Source of the DNA: Alphaproteobacteria bacterium
GTDB lineage: Bacteria > Pseudomonadota > Alphaproteobacteria > Rickettsiales > UBA998
DNA length: 64,000 nucleotides
Assembly (NCBI GenBank): GCA_004293935.1
Contig: RDZH01000013.1
Span: 66,283-130,282 of the forward strand
Direction: 5' to 3'
The position numbers were made by a program, and so were the translations under genes. The notes below the pieces were generated by a model, which saw only the letters and a list, made by a program, of their open reading frames with translations, did no database searches and was not told the DNA's origin. Position 1 is the first letter of the stretch. Every line of letters starts with the position of its first letter. Shown here piece by piece: positions 8,965-17,798 of the stretch.

Positions 8965-9519
8965 TTAGCGTGCTGGTTGTGTGGCAACATCATGTGAGGG
9001 TGTACCGCGCACACGTTCCACAAAAGATTTGGTCACACGATCTGTGGTTTGCTCTAAAAGATGGGTCGCTTGTTCCTGAGTTTGTTCTATCTGTGCGATT
9101 TCTTCTTTGGTAGGTTGTGGGGCAACAAAATTATCATAGGCACTCACCAAGGCAGCCGTTGCTACACCCGCGACAAGTGTGTGCGGTACGTAGCGGGGAG
9201 CTGCGCACGAGGCGATGACGGTAGCCATGGAAGGGGCAAAGTATACGATTCCTTCTGTTACTGTTTGCCATAGAGGTTGCGCATTAGTACGCACGGCTTC
9301 GCTTAGTTCCTCTTGTGGGTTTTTATTCGTTCCTGTGAGCAATTCCACCGAAGACAACGCTAACACTGTACCTATAAAAGAGCCTATTCCCGCTGTTAGT
9401 TGCACCAAGCCATTGCCCTCAGACGCTTTGGCAGCATTCATCGTATAGTGTCCCGCACCCAAGGCTACGGGCAGGGAAGCATAATCGATAAAATCTTGAA
9501 AAAATCCACGTACATTCAT
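8965..9519 (-). CDS. Hypothetical Gly/Ala-rich membrane protein, paralogue 1
   Basis: The start at 9519 is supported by alignment with its neighbour (MNVRGFFQDF versus MTIHGFFQDF). Shared blocks are ATAALVSAYD(N/H)FVAP and KSFVERVRGTPS. Confidence 0.65.
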   Translation of the reverse strand: MNVRGFFQDFIDYASLPVALGAGHYTMNAAKASEGNGLVQLTAGIGSFIGTVLALSSVELLTGTNKNPQEELSEAVRTNAQPLWQTVTEGIVYFAPSMATVIASCAAPRYVPHTLVAGVATAALVSAYDNFVAPQPTKEEIAQIEQTQEQATHLLEQTTDRVTKSFVERVRGTPSHDVATQPAR

Positions 9520-9526
9520 GCGCATG

Positions 9527-9555
9527 ATTATGAATGATGTGTGAATGGAACACAA
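9527..9555 (-). promoter_or_regulatory. Predicted promoter of paralogue 1 (TTGTGT, 17 nt, CATAAT), ending 7 nt before the ATG
   Basis: On the minus strand the -35 is at 9555-9550 and the -10 at 9532-9527. There is no Shine-Dalgarno sequence between the -10 and the start codon. The same geometry occurs at paralogue 2. Confidence 0.4.
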
Positions 9556-9577
9556 TAAAAATCACGCGGTTTCGGTA

Positions 9578-9617
9578 TAAAATTCACGGAACTGTCACAA
9601 AAAGATTTGTGCATACG
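9578..9617 (-). promoter_or_regulatory. Conserved 40-nt upstream block, copy 1
   Basis: The plus strand reads taaaattcacggaactgtcacaaaaagatttgtgcatacg. It is almost identical to 10435-10474 and sits at the same distance (about 60 nt) from the start codon. The minus strand shows GTGA..(11 bp)..GTGA direct repeats. Confidence 0.5.
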
Positions 9618-9742
9618 CCCATCTTGCCACCCCCACCCAATCATCTGCGGTTTTTCAATGAAAAACCTTGATTTTTGGACTCCCCCGCAGGCGGGAGAGT
9701 AAACCATTCATATCCCATGAGAAAGAGATTCGGGGCAGGTTC

Positions 9743-10375
9743 TTAGCGTGTTTGTTGCATGGAGGCATCCTGTGAGGGAGTACCACGCACACGTTCTACA
9801 AAAGATTTGCTCACACGATCTTTGGTGTCTTGAAGCAGTTGATTTGCTTCATCTTCAGGAAGTGTTTGGGCATGAGTGTTTGCTAGTGTTAATTGTTTTA
9901 TTTCGTCATCTGTGAAATTCGGAGCAACAAAATGATCATAGGCACTCACTAAGGCTGCGGTTGCGATGCACCCTCCCGCGAAGTACTTTGCGAAATTTGT
10001 GACACAAGGATTCACTATTATTGGTTTATCATTAAAAATTACATCATATTCCGACCATTCTAATGCTCCCACAACCAGAGTAGCTAGCGCCGCCGCCGGT
10101 GCAGTAAACGTCGCAGTTCTTAACCATTGTGCCGCTTGCGGTTCTGCTTCATGACGAATATCTGTCATCACGGCTTCTATGGGATCTTTTATGCCCCCCT
10201 GCATTGCACCTAAGGTTAATCCTGTAGCAACGCCCGCTCCAAATAAACCAAGAAGCTGCATCTCTTCATTGCGACCTGACTGACGCATATAATCTACACC
10301 AAACGTTCCTGCCACAATAGACGTGGGAAAAAGCGCATTAGAGAGAAAATCTTGAAAAAAACCGTGTATTGTCAT
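9743..10375 (-). CDS. Hypothetical Gly/Ala-rich membrane protein, paralogue 2
   Basis: 210 aa. It aligns end to end with 8965-9519 and has one internal insertion. Confidence 0.65.
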   Translation of the reverse strand: MTIHGFFQDFLSNALFPTSIVAGTFGVDYMRQSGRNEEMQLLGLFGAGVATGLTLGAMQGGIKDPIEAVMTDIRHEAEPQAAQWLRTATFTAPAAALATLVVGALEWSEYDVIFNDKPIIVNPCVTNFAKYFAGGCIATAALVSAYDHFVAPNFTDDEIKQLTLANTHAQTLPEDEANQLLQDTKDRVSKSFVERVRGTPSQDASMQQTR

Positions 10376-10383
10376 AGGAAATG

Positions 10384-10412
10384 ATTATAAATTTTTTATC
10401 AATGCGGCACAA
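10384..10412 (-). promoter_or_regulatory. Predicted promoter of paralogue 2 (TTGTGC, 17 nt, TATAAT), ending 8 nt before the ATG
   Basis: On the minus strand the -35 is at 10412-10407 and the -10 at 10389-10384. No Shine-Dalgarno sequence. Confidence 0.4.
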
Positions 10413-10434
10413 CAAAAAGTAAGTGTTTTTGGTG

Positions 10435-10474
10435 AAAAATTCACGGAACTGTCATAAAAAGATTTCTGCATACG
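10435..10474 (-). promoter_or_regulatory. Conserved 40-nt upstream block, copy 2
   Basis: The plus strand reads aaaaattcacggaactgtcataaaaagatttctgcatacg. Confidence 0.5.
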
Positions 10475-10483
10475 TTTATCTTC

Positions 10484-10567
10484 TCATCATTCCTGCGTAG
10501 GCAGGAATCCAATATCACCAGACTTTTGTAGATACCAGCCTTCGCTGGTATGACGAGTATAGAGAAC
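10484..10567 (-). repeat. Family A palindromic repeat, copy A2 (inverted orientation)
   Basis: Reads tcatcattcctgcgtaggcaggaatcc...gataccagccttcgctggtatgacgag. It abuts the rho stop codon. Confidence 0.8.
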
Positions 10568-11836
10568 TCAAGAATTCATCATATCAAAAAATTCAGCGTT
10601 GGATTTTGTTTCCTTCATTTTCTTGAGCAGGAATTCCATCGCATCGCTCGCGCCCATCGGATCAAGGATACGGCGCAACATCCATACTTTCGCAAGATCG
10701 CCTTTTTCCATCAGCAAATCTTCTTTGCGTGTGCCGGATTTTGTCACATCCATGGATGGGAAGAGGCGTTTATCAGACATTTTGCGATCCAACACGATTT
10801 CGGAATTGCCTGTGCCTTTGAATTCTTCAAAAATCACCTCATCCATACGCGATCCTGTATCAATCAATGCCGTCGCAATGATCGTTAGTGATCCGCCATC
10901 CTCAATGTTGCGTGCTGCACCAAGGAAGCGTTTTGGGCGTTGCAAAGCGTTCGCATCCACACCACCTGTGAGGATTTTGCCAGAAGATGGCACAACGGTG
11001 TTATAGGCGCGGGCTAAGCGGGTGATAGAATCCAGCAGGATCACCACATCTTTTTTATGTTCGACCAAGCGTTTCGCTTTTTCAATGACCATTTCCGCAA
11101 GTGCCACATGACGATGCGCTGGTTCATCAAAAGTGGAGGACACCACTTCGCCTTTGACCGAGCGTGCCATATCCGTGACTTCTTCAGGGCGTTCATCCAC
11201 CAGCAAGACAATCAACGTACATTCAGGATTATTGGTGGTAATCGCCTGTGCGATATTTTGCATTAATACGGTTTTACCCGTTTTTGGCGGTGCGACTAGC
11301 AAGCATCGCTGCCCTTTACCGATGGGGGAGAAAATATCAATGACGCGGCAACTCATATCCTTCATTGGCTTTGCTTGTTCTAAAATAAAACGTTCATCGG
11401 GAAAGATGGGGGTGAGGTTGTCAAAATTGACTTTGCGCAAGCAACGCTCAGGCTCATCACCATTGATGCTATTCACTTTTTCCAGCGCAAAATAGCGTTC
11501 ATGCTCTTTGGGAGGGGTGAGTTCCCCTTCAATCGTATCACCGGTGCGCAAACCAAATTGGCGTACAAAATGGGGAGCGACATAAATATCATCCGCACCC
11601 GCAAGATAATTCGCTTCGGGGGAGCGTAAAAAGCCGAATCCATCATGCAATACTTCAATCGTGCCACCGCCATAAATTTGTTCTTCATTGGCTGCATGGC
11701 TTTTCAGAATAGAAAAAATTAGCTCTTGCTTCACCATCCCACTAGGGTTTTCTACCCCATAGGATTCAGCAAGCGCAAATAATTCAGCAGGTTTTTGCTT
11801 TTTTAACTCTTTAATATGCATAGGAACAACAATCAA
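10568..11836 (-). CDS. rho: Transcription termination factor Rho
   Basis: 422 aa with a Rho N-terminal domain, an RNA-binding domain, Walker A (APPKTGKT), and a conserved C-terminus. Confidence 0.96.
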   Translation of the reverse strand: MIVVPMHIKELKKQKPAELFALAESYGVENPSGMVKQELIFSILKSHAANEEQIYGGGTIEVLHDGFGFLRSPEANYLAGADDIYVAPHFVRQFGLRTGDTIEGELTPPKEHERYFALEKVNSINGDEPERCLRKVNFDNLTPIFPDERFILEQAKPMKDMSCRVIDIFSPIGKGQRCLLVAPPKTGKTVLMQNIAQAITTNNPECTLIVLLVDERPEEVTDMARSVKGEVVSSTFDEPAHRHVALAEMVIEKAKRLVEHKKDVVILLDSITRLARAYNTVVPSSGKILTGGVDANALQRPKRFLGAARNIEDGGSLTIIATALIDTGSRMDEVIFEEFKGTGNSEIVLDRKMSDKRLFPSMDVTKSGTRKEDLLMEKGDLAKVWMLRRILDPMGASDAMEFLLKKMKETKSNAEFFDMMNS

Positions 11837-11983
11837 TGATAATAAGGGGGAGAAGATTATTAGAGGGAGGGAGGGGATGCATGGTATGCATCACAGCTTC
11901 AGAATAGAAGTACACTAACCTATAAGCCTTTTTTTTTGTAAATGCTAGAAGAAAATGCACAAGGGTGCATAATATGCAGACAC

Positions 11984-12532
11984 CTATGTAGGGATGGTTT
12001 CGATGATGCGTTTTTCGCTCTTGGCTGTCATGTACGTATCCTTCAATTCGCTCGTAATATTTCTGCCGAACATGACGGTATAGGGTTCGAATATCCCATC
12101 ATAAATGATGCGTCCCTTGAACGGTAATAATACAGCGTTTACAAAAAGCGGCAGGTGAGACGGGTGAATAATCTCGGAAAAACTTTCGGAGATTCCTGAT
12201 ACGCCGTAAACATCGTTGCCCAAGATAAAAATGGCGTATTTTTTGAGGAAGCGTTCAATGTAGAAGCGACCAGATACACAATGTCGCCAGCCAGAAATGA
12301 TTGCCAGTTCGTCATCTGAGAATCCTTGAGGAACTGCGCGAACAAACTCTTCGATCAGTTTTTTATCTTCGAGAAGTGCCTCCCTGACCTTGAGTTTGTC
12401 TTCCATTGTACATTGTGCATATTCCAATACGCTATTTGCCTCAGGAACGATACGCAGCTTTGTATTCACGAAATGCTGTAACGCCCACATAAGTCGGTAG
12501 AACGTATCCGCATCTGTTTTGGAAAGTTTCAT
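11984..12532 (-). CDS. Hypothetical protein (orphan, 182 aa)
   Basis: Clean ORF with no TM or signal peptide and no motif I can name. Its upstream region is AT-rich and includes a (TA)n run near 12663-12676. Confidence 0.55.
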   Translation of the reverse strand: MKLSKTDADTFYRLMWALQHFVNTKLRIVPEANSVLEYAQCTMEDKLKVREALLEDKKLIEEFVRAVPQGFSDDELAIISGWRHCVSGRFYIERFLKKYAIFILGNDVYGVSGISESFSEIIHPSHLPLFVNAVLLPFKGRIIYDGIFEPYTVMFGRNITSELKDTYMTAKSEKRIIETIPT

Positions 12533-12716
12533 AGCTTATTTGCCCTGACATTTAGATAAGAAAAATAATAAATTTTGCATCATCATAGAAAATATGCTCT
12601 ACCTGCTAGGAATGATGAAATTTAATATTTTCGCGTATTATACAGAGTTCTCTAAATATAAAATATATATATATTCTGCAATCTCGTAATAGTCCAGATA
12701 TGAGGGCTTTCAGGAA

Positions 12717-12771
12717 AAAGTTGACGAGTCAGTGCAATAATGCTACAGATGAGGTACAAATCACATAGCTT
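12717..12771 (+). repeat. Module D repeat (AAAGTTGACGA...TGCTAC...TAGCTT), copy D1
   Basis: Aligns with 20691-20736 with small indels. Confidence 0.55.
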
Positions 12772-12938
12772 CTGTTGCTTTTTCTACTGCTGCTGGCTGC
12801 AAATGGCGTTTTGCTGCGCTTCCGCTACTCATGTACTTCTATGTACACTGCGTTGCGGTTCTCGCAAATCCACCATTTTCGCTAGCGCATCAGCGAAAAT
12901 TCAACCGAACCTAGTTTAACAAATCAATAGGCACATTT

Positions 12939-13886
12939 ATGACACGTCACGCATGGGTATTTCCGGGGCAAGGTTCACAAGAATTAGGCATGGGTAGATC
13001 ATTTTATGATGCCTTCCCCATAGCAAAGCAAACCTTTGATGAAGTGGATGAAGCACTTGGTATGTATCTTTCCAAAATCATCTTTGGCGATGATGCCGCC
13101 TTATTGACGCGCACAGAATATGCACAGCCTGCGATTATGGTGACTTCGATGGCGATGGTACGGACGTTGGAGCAAGAAGCGGGAATCCGTGTGGCATCGC
13201 GTGCCATGTGCGTTGCGGGGCATTCATTGGGAGAATATACGGCTCTGTGCGCTTCTGGTGCAATGTCTTTGGGGGATACGGCACGACTTTTGCGCGTGCG
13301 TGGGCGTGCGATGCAAGATGCCGTACCCGTAGGCGTGGGTACGATGGCAGCGATTCTTGGTTTAGAATTGGAGCAGGTGGAAGCATTGCTTAAGAATATA
13401 CAGAATATGGGGATTGTTGAGATTGCCAATGATAATGCGCCGGGGCAAATTGTTTTGAGTGGGGCGCGAGAGGCAGTGGAACATGCTATCCAACAAGCAA
13501 AAGATGCAGGCGCAAAACGCGCCATTGAACTGAATGTGAGCGCGCCTTTTCATTGTTCATTGATTGCAGCAGCAGCAGAAGTGATGCGTGAGGCATTGGC
13601 ATCCATTACGATACACGCACCGTGCGTGCCGTTAATCGCCAATATTACCGCTGATGTGGCGCGTGATCCGAACGTCATTCGTGAGTTATTGGTGCAGCAA
13701 GTCACGGGGCGTGTGCGTTGGCGTGAATCGGTGCAGCGTATGGCAGTGCAAGGCGTTGAGCATATGCTGGAAATTGGACATGGCAAGGTGCTGAGTGGCT
13801 TAAATAAGCGTATCCATAAAGATATGGGGTGCAGTAATCTATCATCACCAGAAGATATTGATGCCTTTATTGCGATGCCTGCCTAG
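12939..13886 (+). CDS. fabD: Malonyl-CoA:ACP transacylase
   Basis: 315 aa with FPGQGSQ and the active-site motif GHSLGEY. Confidence 0.95.
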   Translation: MTRHAWVFPGQGSQELGMGRSFYDAFPIAKQTFDEVDEALGMYLSKIIFGDDAALLTRTEYAQPAIMVTSMAMVRTLEQEAGIRVASRAMCVAGHSLGEYTALCASGAMSLGDTARLLRVRGRAMQDAVPVGVGTMAAILGLELEQVEALLKNIQNMGIVEIANDNAPGQIVLSGAREAVEHAIQQAKDAGAKRAIELNVSAPFHCSLIAAAAEVMREALASITIHAPCVPLIANITADVARDPNVIRELLVQQVTGRVRWRESVQRMAVQGVEHMLEIGHGKVLSGLNKRIHKDMGCSNLSSPEDIDAFIAMPA

Positions 13887-14472
13887 ATTCAACGGGTTCG
13901 TTCAATAATTGTTCAATCGTTTCAGTGAGTGCATCGGCATTGGGAGCAGTAAGCGATGAAAACCAATCGATCAGATGCCCGTTGCGATCAATGACATATT
14001 TATGGAAATTCCATTTGGGCGCACCACTAAAACCAAATTGTTCGCGCACATGTTGGTAAAATGGATGGGCATCCTTACCGCGCACTTGAGTTTTTGCCAT
14101 GATGGGGAAGGTGATATTATAGTTGATGTCACAAAATTCCTTGAGGGACGCACCATCTAAAGGTTCTTGGCTGCCAAAATCATTCGAGGGTATGGCAAGC
14201 ACCACGAGTCCGCGATCACGGTAGCGTTCCCAAAGTTGTTGTAGCCCCTTATATTGTTTCGCAAAACCACATCGAGAAGCAGTATTCACAATAAGTAAAA
14301 CTTTGCCACGCTGATCGGCAAGTGAAAATTCTTTGCCGTCAATCGTGGTGAATTTCATGGTCAATGGTGTTTTTGATGCAGAAGATTCCATACATACCCC
14401 CTCAGTGACTAAACCAAAAAAGAGTGCAAACATCAATAAAGAACGGTGCAGGGATGGAAAAAACCGTGTCAT
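13867..14472 (-). CDS. Glutathione peroxidase family protein with signal peptide (start taken at ATG 14472)
   Basis: It carries NTASRCGF (peroxidatic Cys), LAIPSNDFGSQEP and WNFHKY motifs. The ORF track extends to 14535, but MTRFFPSLHRSLLMFALFFGL reads like the real signal peptide. There is a convergent 20-nt overlap with fabD. Confidence 0.85.
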   Translation of the reverse strand: MTRFFPSLHRSLLMFALFFGLVTEGVCMESSASKTPLTMKFTTIDGKEFSLADQRGKVLLIVNTASRCGFAKQYKGLQQLWERYRDRGLVVLAIPSNDFGSQEPLDGASLKEFCDINYNITFPIMAKTQVRGKDAHPFYQHVREQFGFSGAPKWNFHKYVIDRNGHLIDWFSSLTAPNADALTETIEQLLNEPVESRQASQ

Positions 14473-14840
14473 GAAAATAACCTTAGCACATGCGTGTGAA
14501 AAATGCGTATAACTAGAGCAATCCAATGCACACATGCCCTATTTTAGGGAAGTGTGGCGTTGAAGAATTGCTCGATTTTTTTAATGCTGTATAGCAAGTC
14601 CTTTTTATAAATGAAGCATAAAATGCGCATTGATAAAGTTGAATTGCTATAAAATGGGGTTGTGTTGCGTTGTCGTAAAATGAGTATACCATGCTTGGAT
14701 ATAAGAACATAAGAATAATCTTATATATTGATAGAAGGTAAATCAACTAAATGCAAGTGGGATAATGCATTCTTCACGAAAAATCCCGCATTCGCTGCGC
14801 ATGTGATATATATAATTGGTTAATACGCCCTTGAAATATA

Positions 14841-15458
14841 TTAAAATATACGGGATGCCATGAGGAACGCGCCACCTAGGATGGTGCTGATAATCACAAG
14901 GCTTGCAATGGAGCAGATGATGCCCAAAAGAACAAACAAGCCATCACGCTGCAAAAGTGCCAAAGAGAAGCAGCAAATTGCTAAGGCAGGAGGGGCATTG
15001 CCTAAAGGAATAGGCAGGACAATGAGCAGGGATAACAAAACACAAATGAATGCGATCACCCGATCCGCAGGGTAGGTTACAAGCCACGGGAAGCGAGGTT
15101 TAATATAATGCTCTAATTTTTTGAGGAACGGCACGCTATAGGTGCATATTTTGTGCCAATGTTCTTGTTTGATGGTGGCGTTCAAAAACCGCTCTGGTAA
15201 CCATGGTGTGGTTTTATTGACAACCAGTTGCAGTGAGATAAGCAATAGGGGGATGCAGGTGATGGTGGAAGCAATAGGCACGGGGAAGGGGATGAGGTTC
15301 GGTAATGCCAGCACGAATAATAATAAGGCATAAATTGTTCCTGATAATGCATCCCTAAGCTCGCGGATGCTAACGGTTTGTGCGGTAAAGCGGTGCGCAA
15401 GTGTAATCAGAATCTCTGAGGCTTTTTTGTTGTTTAGTGGTTGTTCGCTGGGTGTCAT
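14841..15458 (-). CDS. ExoD-family membrane protein
   Basis: 205 aa. The hydrophobic pattern and the motifs LPNLIPFPVP and GNAPPALAICCFSLALLQRDG are typical of the exopolysaccharide synthesis ExoD family. Confidence 0.75.
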   Translation of the reverse strand: MTPSEQPLNNKKASEILITLAHRFTAQTVSIRELRDALSGTIYALLLFVLALPNLIPFPVPIASTITCIPLLLISLQLVVNKTTPWLPERFLNATIKQEHWHKICTYSVPFLKKLEHYIKPRFPWLVTYPADRVIAFICVLLSLLIVLPIPLGNAPPALAICCFSLALLQRDGLFVLLGIICSIASLVIISTILGGAFLMASRIF

Positions 15459-15672
15459 GAGGATGGTACTATACCATAGATGGATTATAAAGTCACGCTA
15501 AGTTCTGGTATGCCCATTTCATTTCAAGGAGTTGAGTTATTGCAAGTGAAATTAAGGGTATGTCTTATAGGATGTACGCATATCGCACAACAGATGAGCG
15601 TACTGCACAAACAGTTGAAACTTTTTCTGCCAAGCGCTATAGTACTGCTGATTAATCAGTAAAGGACTATGG

Positions 15673-16062
15673 ATGCTCGGTATTAAAGGTATACATCATA
15701 TCGCCGTGATTTGTTCGGATTATGAACGATCACGGCATTTTTTTACTACGATTCTGGGATGTGAAATTATTGCTGAAACATACAGGGAACAAAGGAAATC
15801 ATATAAGCTTGATTTGCGCGTAGATGCAAACACGCAAATAGAGCTATTTTCATTTCCGGAACCGCCCAAAAGAACATCACGACCTGAAGCATGTGGTTTG
15901 CGTCATCTAGCCTTTGCCGTGGATGATCTGGATAAAGCATGTGACTATCTGAGATCGCATGACATTGAAGTAGAGCCTATTCGTACTGATGAGTTGACTG
16001 GCAAACGCTTTACTTTTTTTGCCGACCCCGATGATCTGCCACTAGAACTCTACGAATCATAA
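15673..16062 (+). CDS. VOC (glyoxalase/bleomycin-resistance fold) family protein
   Basis: 129 aa. It has GIHHIAVICSDYERSRHFF, then HLAF.VDDLD, then a C-terminal F.DPD..P.EL. Confidence 0.8.
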   Translation: MLGIKGIHHIAVICSDYERSRHFFTTILGCEIIAETYREQRKSYKLDLRVDANTQIELFSFPEPPKRTSRPEACGLRHLAFAVDDLDKACDYLRSHDIEVEPIRTDELTGKRFTFFADPDDLPLELYES

Positions 16063-16184
16063 TGAGGGTGCAGACATAAAAAAAGCGCGATTGCGTAAAA
16101 AAAATAGATGTTTGTCATATTATTGACATCATTTCTGTTCTATAATGACGGAACGTATTTTTAATATTGCATAGGATAATATGT

Positions 16185-17258
16185 ATGACCGATGGTTTTG
16201 CAGTCGAACCAGCTAAAATGACTTCCTCCTATCTGGTAGGTGTCGTTGAGGCGCAACAGGAAATAACCAACATGCAGGTAGCTCCTACGCCAGAAAATCT
16301 GCCGAACGCGACGGTAACTCAAGAAACGCCATCAACGTCAGCACCTGATGCCGATTTAGCAATGTTGTTTGCATCGATGATGTCACTCGCGCAAGAAATG
16401 GCTGGGTTGATTGATGATGCATCCCCTGAAGATCGCGATGAAATGTTTACGGCGATGTCCGAAGTGCTTGCTGCTGCGCACTCAGTGAATAGTGCGATTT
16501 TGCAGCCAACGCCACAAAATATCGGTACGGCACGTCGTTCTGCTGGACGTATAAAGAAAGCGCAGCATTTTGTAGATGATGCACGCGATGGTGACGAGAA
16601 AAAACAAGCAGCACTTGATTTTAACAAGGTTGAAGAACAACGCGAATTAGTGACAAAACAAGAACAAGAGAATCTTCATCCGACTGTTGATGCGGTGTCC
16701 ACTCATCCAATGAGTGATTATTATGCCCCTGAATGTGAGGCAACGATTCGTCGTCTTAATTCCCCTGCAATGGATGCGCATATTGAGAAGATCGCGGCAC
16801 TTCCTGATCCGTCACTACGCCTAAGAGCAACTGATTTGTTGGTTGTTGATGCAGCGTTTCATGCACTTTCTGAGGCACATCAAAAATTATGTTGCTCCGC
16901 ACTTGACATGAAGCCCGATGAGATAAATGCAGAGATACTCTCACAACAGCTTAAGGCGATTGAAGCACGGGATGGTTTTAATATTACGCACATTACGGAG
17001 GCATTTCATCATGTGAAGGATAAGCCAGATGCTCTATCCAATGACGCGCCTGCGCTTAGTCCTCATACCTTATTGGCGTTTGAAGCCTTGCATTTAGCCG
17101 TGGATAAAGGGCTACATTATGTGCAGAATCATCAGATGATGCAGGGCAAACTTCCCATTCCTGACCCTCAGACGCATATTAAGGGAGGTGCGGAGCGTCA
17201 CGGCACAATCCAAGCCGTGGAACAGCATATTGCCCATGCCCCGAGTGGTGCGAAGTAA
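16185..17258 (+). CDS. Hypothetical acidic protein, first gene of the ECF sigma module
   Basis: In-frame ATG at 16185 (the ORF track begins at a TTG at 16167). No TM or signal peptide. The stop lies 6 nt before the sigma factor start codon. Confidence 0.55.
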   Translation: MTDGFAVEPAKMTSSYLVGVVEAQQEITNMQVAPTPENLPNATVTQETPSTSAPDADLAMLFASMMSLAQEMAGLIDDASPEDRDEMFTAMSEVLAAAHSVNSAILQPTPQNIGTARRSAGRIKKAQHFVDDARDGDEKKQAALDFNKVEEQRELVTKQEQENLHPTVDAVSTHPMSDYYAPECEATIRRLNSPAMDAHIEKIAALPDPSLRLRATDLLVVDAAFHALSEAHQKLCCSALDMKPDEINAEILSQQLKAIEARDGFNITHITEAFHHVKDKPDALSNDAPALSPHTLLAFEALHLAVDKGLHYVQNHQMMQGKLPIPDPQTHIKGGAERHGTIQAVEQHIAHAPSGAK

Positions 17259-17264
17259 GATGGA

Positions 17265-17798
17265 ATGATCGATAATCTTGCGCTCATTCATGAGGCATGT
17301 AGGGGGGATGGTGTGGCGTTTCAGAAGCTGCTGAATAGCCATTATCCCATGATCTACCGTGTTGCCTATCGCTTTACGGGGCATCAACAGGATGCAGAAG
17401 ACATCGCGCAAGAAGTGTGTCTGCTCTTGGTGGATAAACTCGCAACCTATCAAAATAAAGGCAGTTTTACCACATGGCTTTATCGTATTGTGGTGAATCA
17501 ATGCCGTGATGCGTATAAAAAACGTACCATTGATCGGCAACGTGATAAAGGTTATACGGAACTGAATGCACTTGAAGCTGCCGATGCGCAGGAACAGCAT
17601 AAAAAAATACAATGGCTGTATCGCACCGTTGCGCATCTACGCTCGCCCCTCAAAGAAACAGCGTTGCTGGTGTTGGCAGAAGGCTTAAGCCATGCAGAAG
17701 TAGGGGAGATTCTGAAATGCAAAGAATCCACCATTTCATGGCGTATGCATGAGATTCGTAAAATTTTAACCGTGGCAATGGAGAAGGAACATGCATGA
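17265..17798 (+). CDS. ECF-type RNA polymerase sigma factor
   Basis: 177 aa. Region 2 reads YRVAYRFTGHQQDAEDIAQEV...TWLYRIVVN. Region 4 has the HTH GLSHAEVGEILKCKESTISWRMHEIRKIL. Confidence 0.9.
   Translation: MIDNLALIHEACRGDGVAFQKLLNSHYPMIYRVAYRFTGHQQDAEDIAQEVCLLLVDKLATYQNKGSFTTWLYRIVVNQCRDAYKKRTIDRQRDKGYTELNALEAADAQEQHKKIQWLYRTVAHLRSPLKETALLVLAEGLSHAEVGEILKCKESTISWRMHEIRKILTVAMEKEHA

Noticed and set aside
9583-9617. GGAAC...CATA in the conserved blocks upstream of the tandem paralogues as a target of the ECF sigma factor at 17265
   Set aside because: The GGAAC lies on the strand opposite to the genes it precedes, and its spacing differs from the GGAAC site at 16150. The block fits better as an activator-binding site read on the coding strand.
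11904-12842. Integron-like gene cassette with an attC site (GTTTAAC at about 12908 fits RYYYAAC)
   Set aside because: A 7-mer with that degeneracy is expected by chance many times. There is no intI, attI or cassette array, and I could not draw an R''-L''/L'-R' attC structure.
12820-12915. tRNA-like or tRNA-fragment signal (gcggttctcgcaaatccacca resembles a T-arm plus CCA end)
   Set aside because: The putative T-stem (ttgcg/cgcaa) encloses a 5-nt loop rather than 7 nt. No acceptor, D or anticodon arms can be drawn. It is more likely part of the E repeat module.
16141-16175. An ECF-type promoter (GGAAC at 16150-16154) or a sigma70 promoter (TTGACA...TATAAT) upstream of the ECF sigma module
   Set aside because: The TTGACA/TATAAT pair is only 12 nt apart. 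Nothing resembling a CGT-type -10 element lies 16-17 nt after GGAAC. I therefore made no promoter call.
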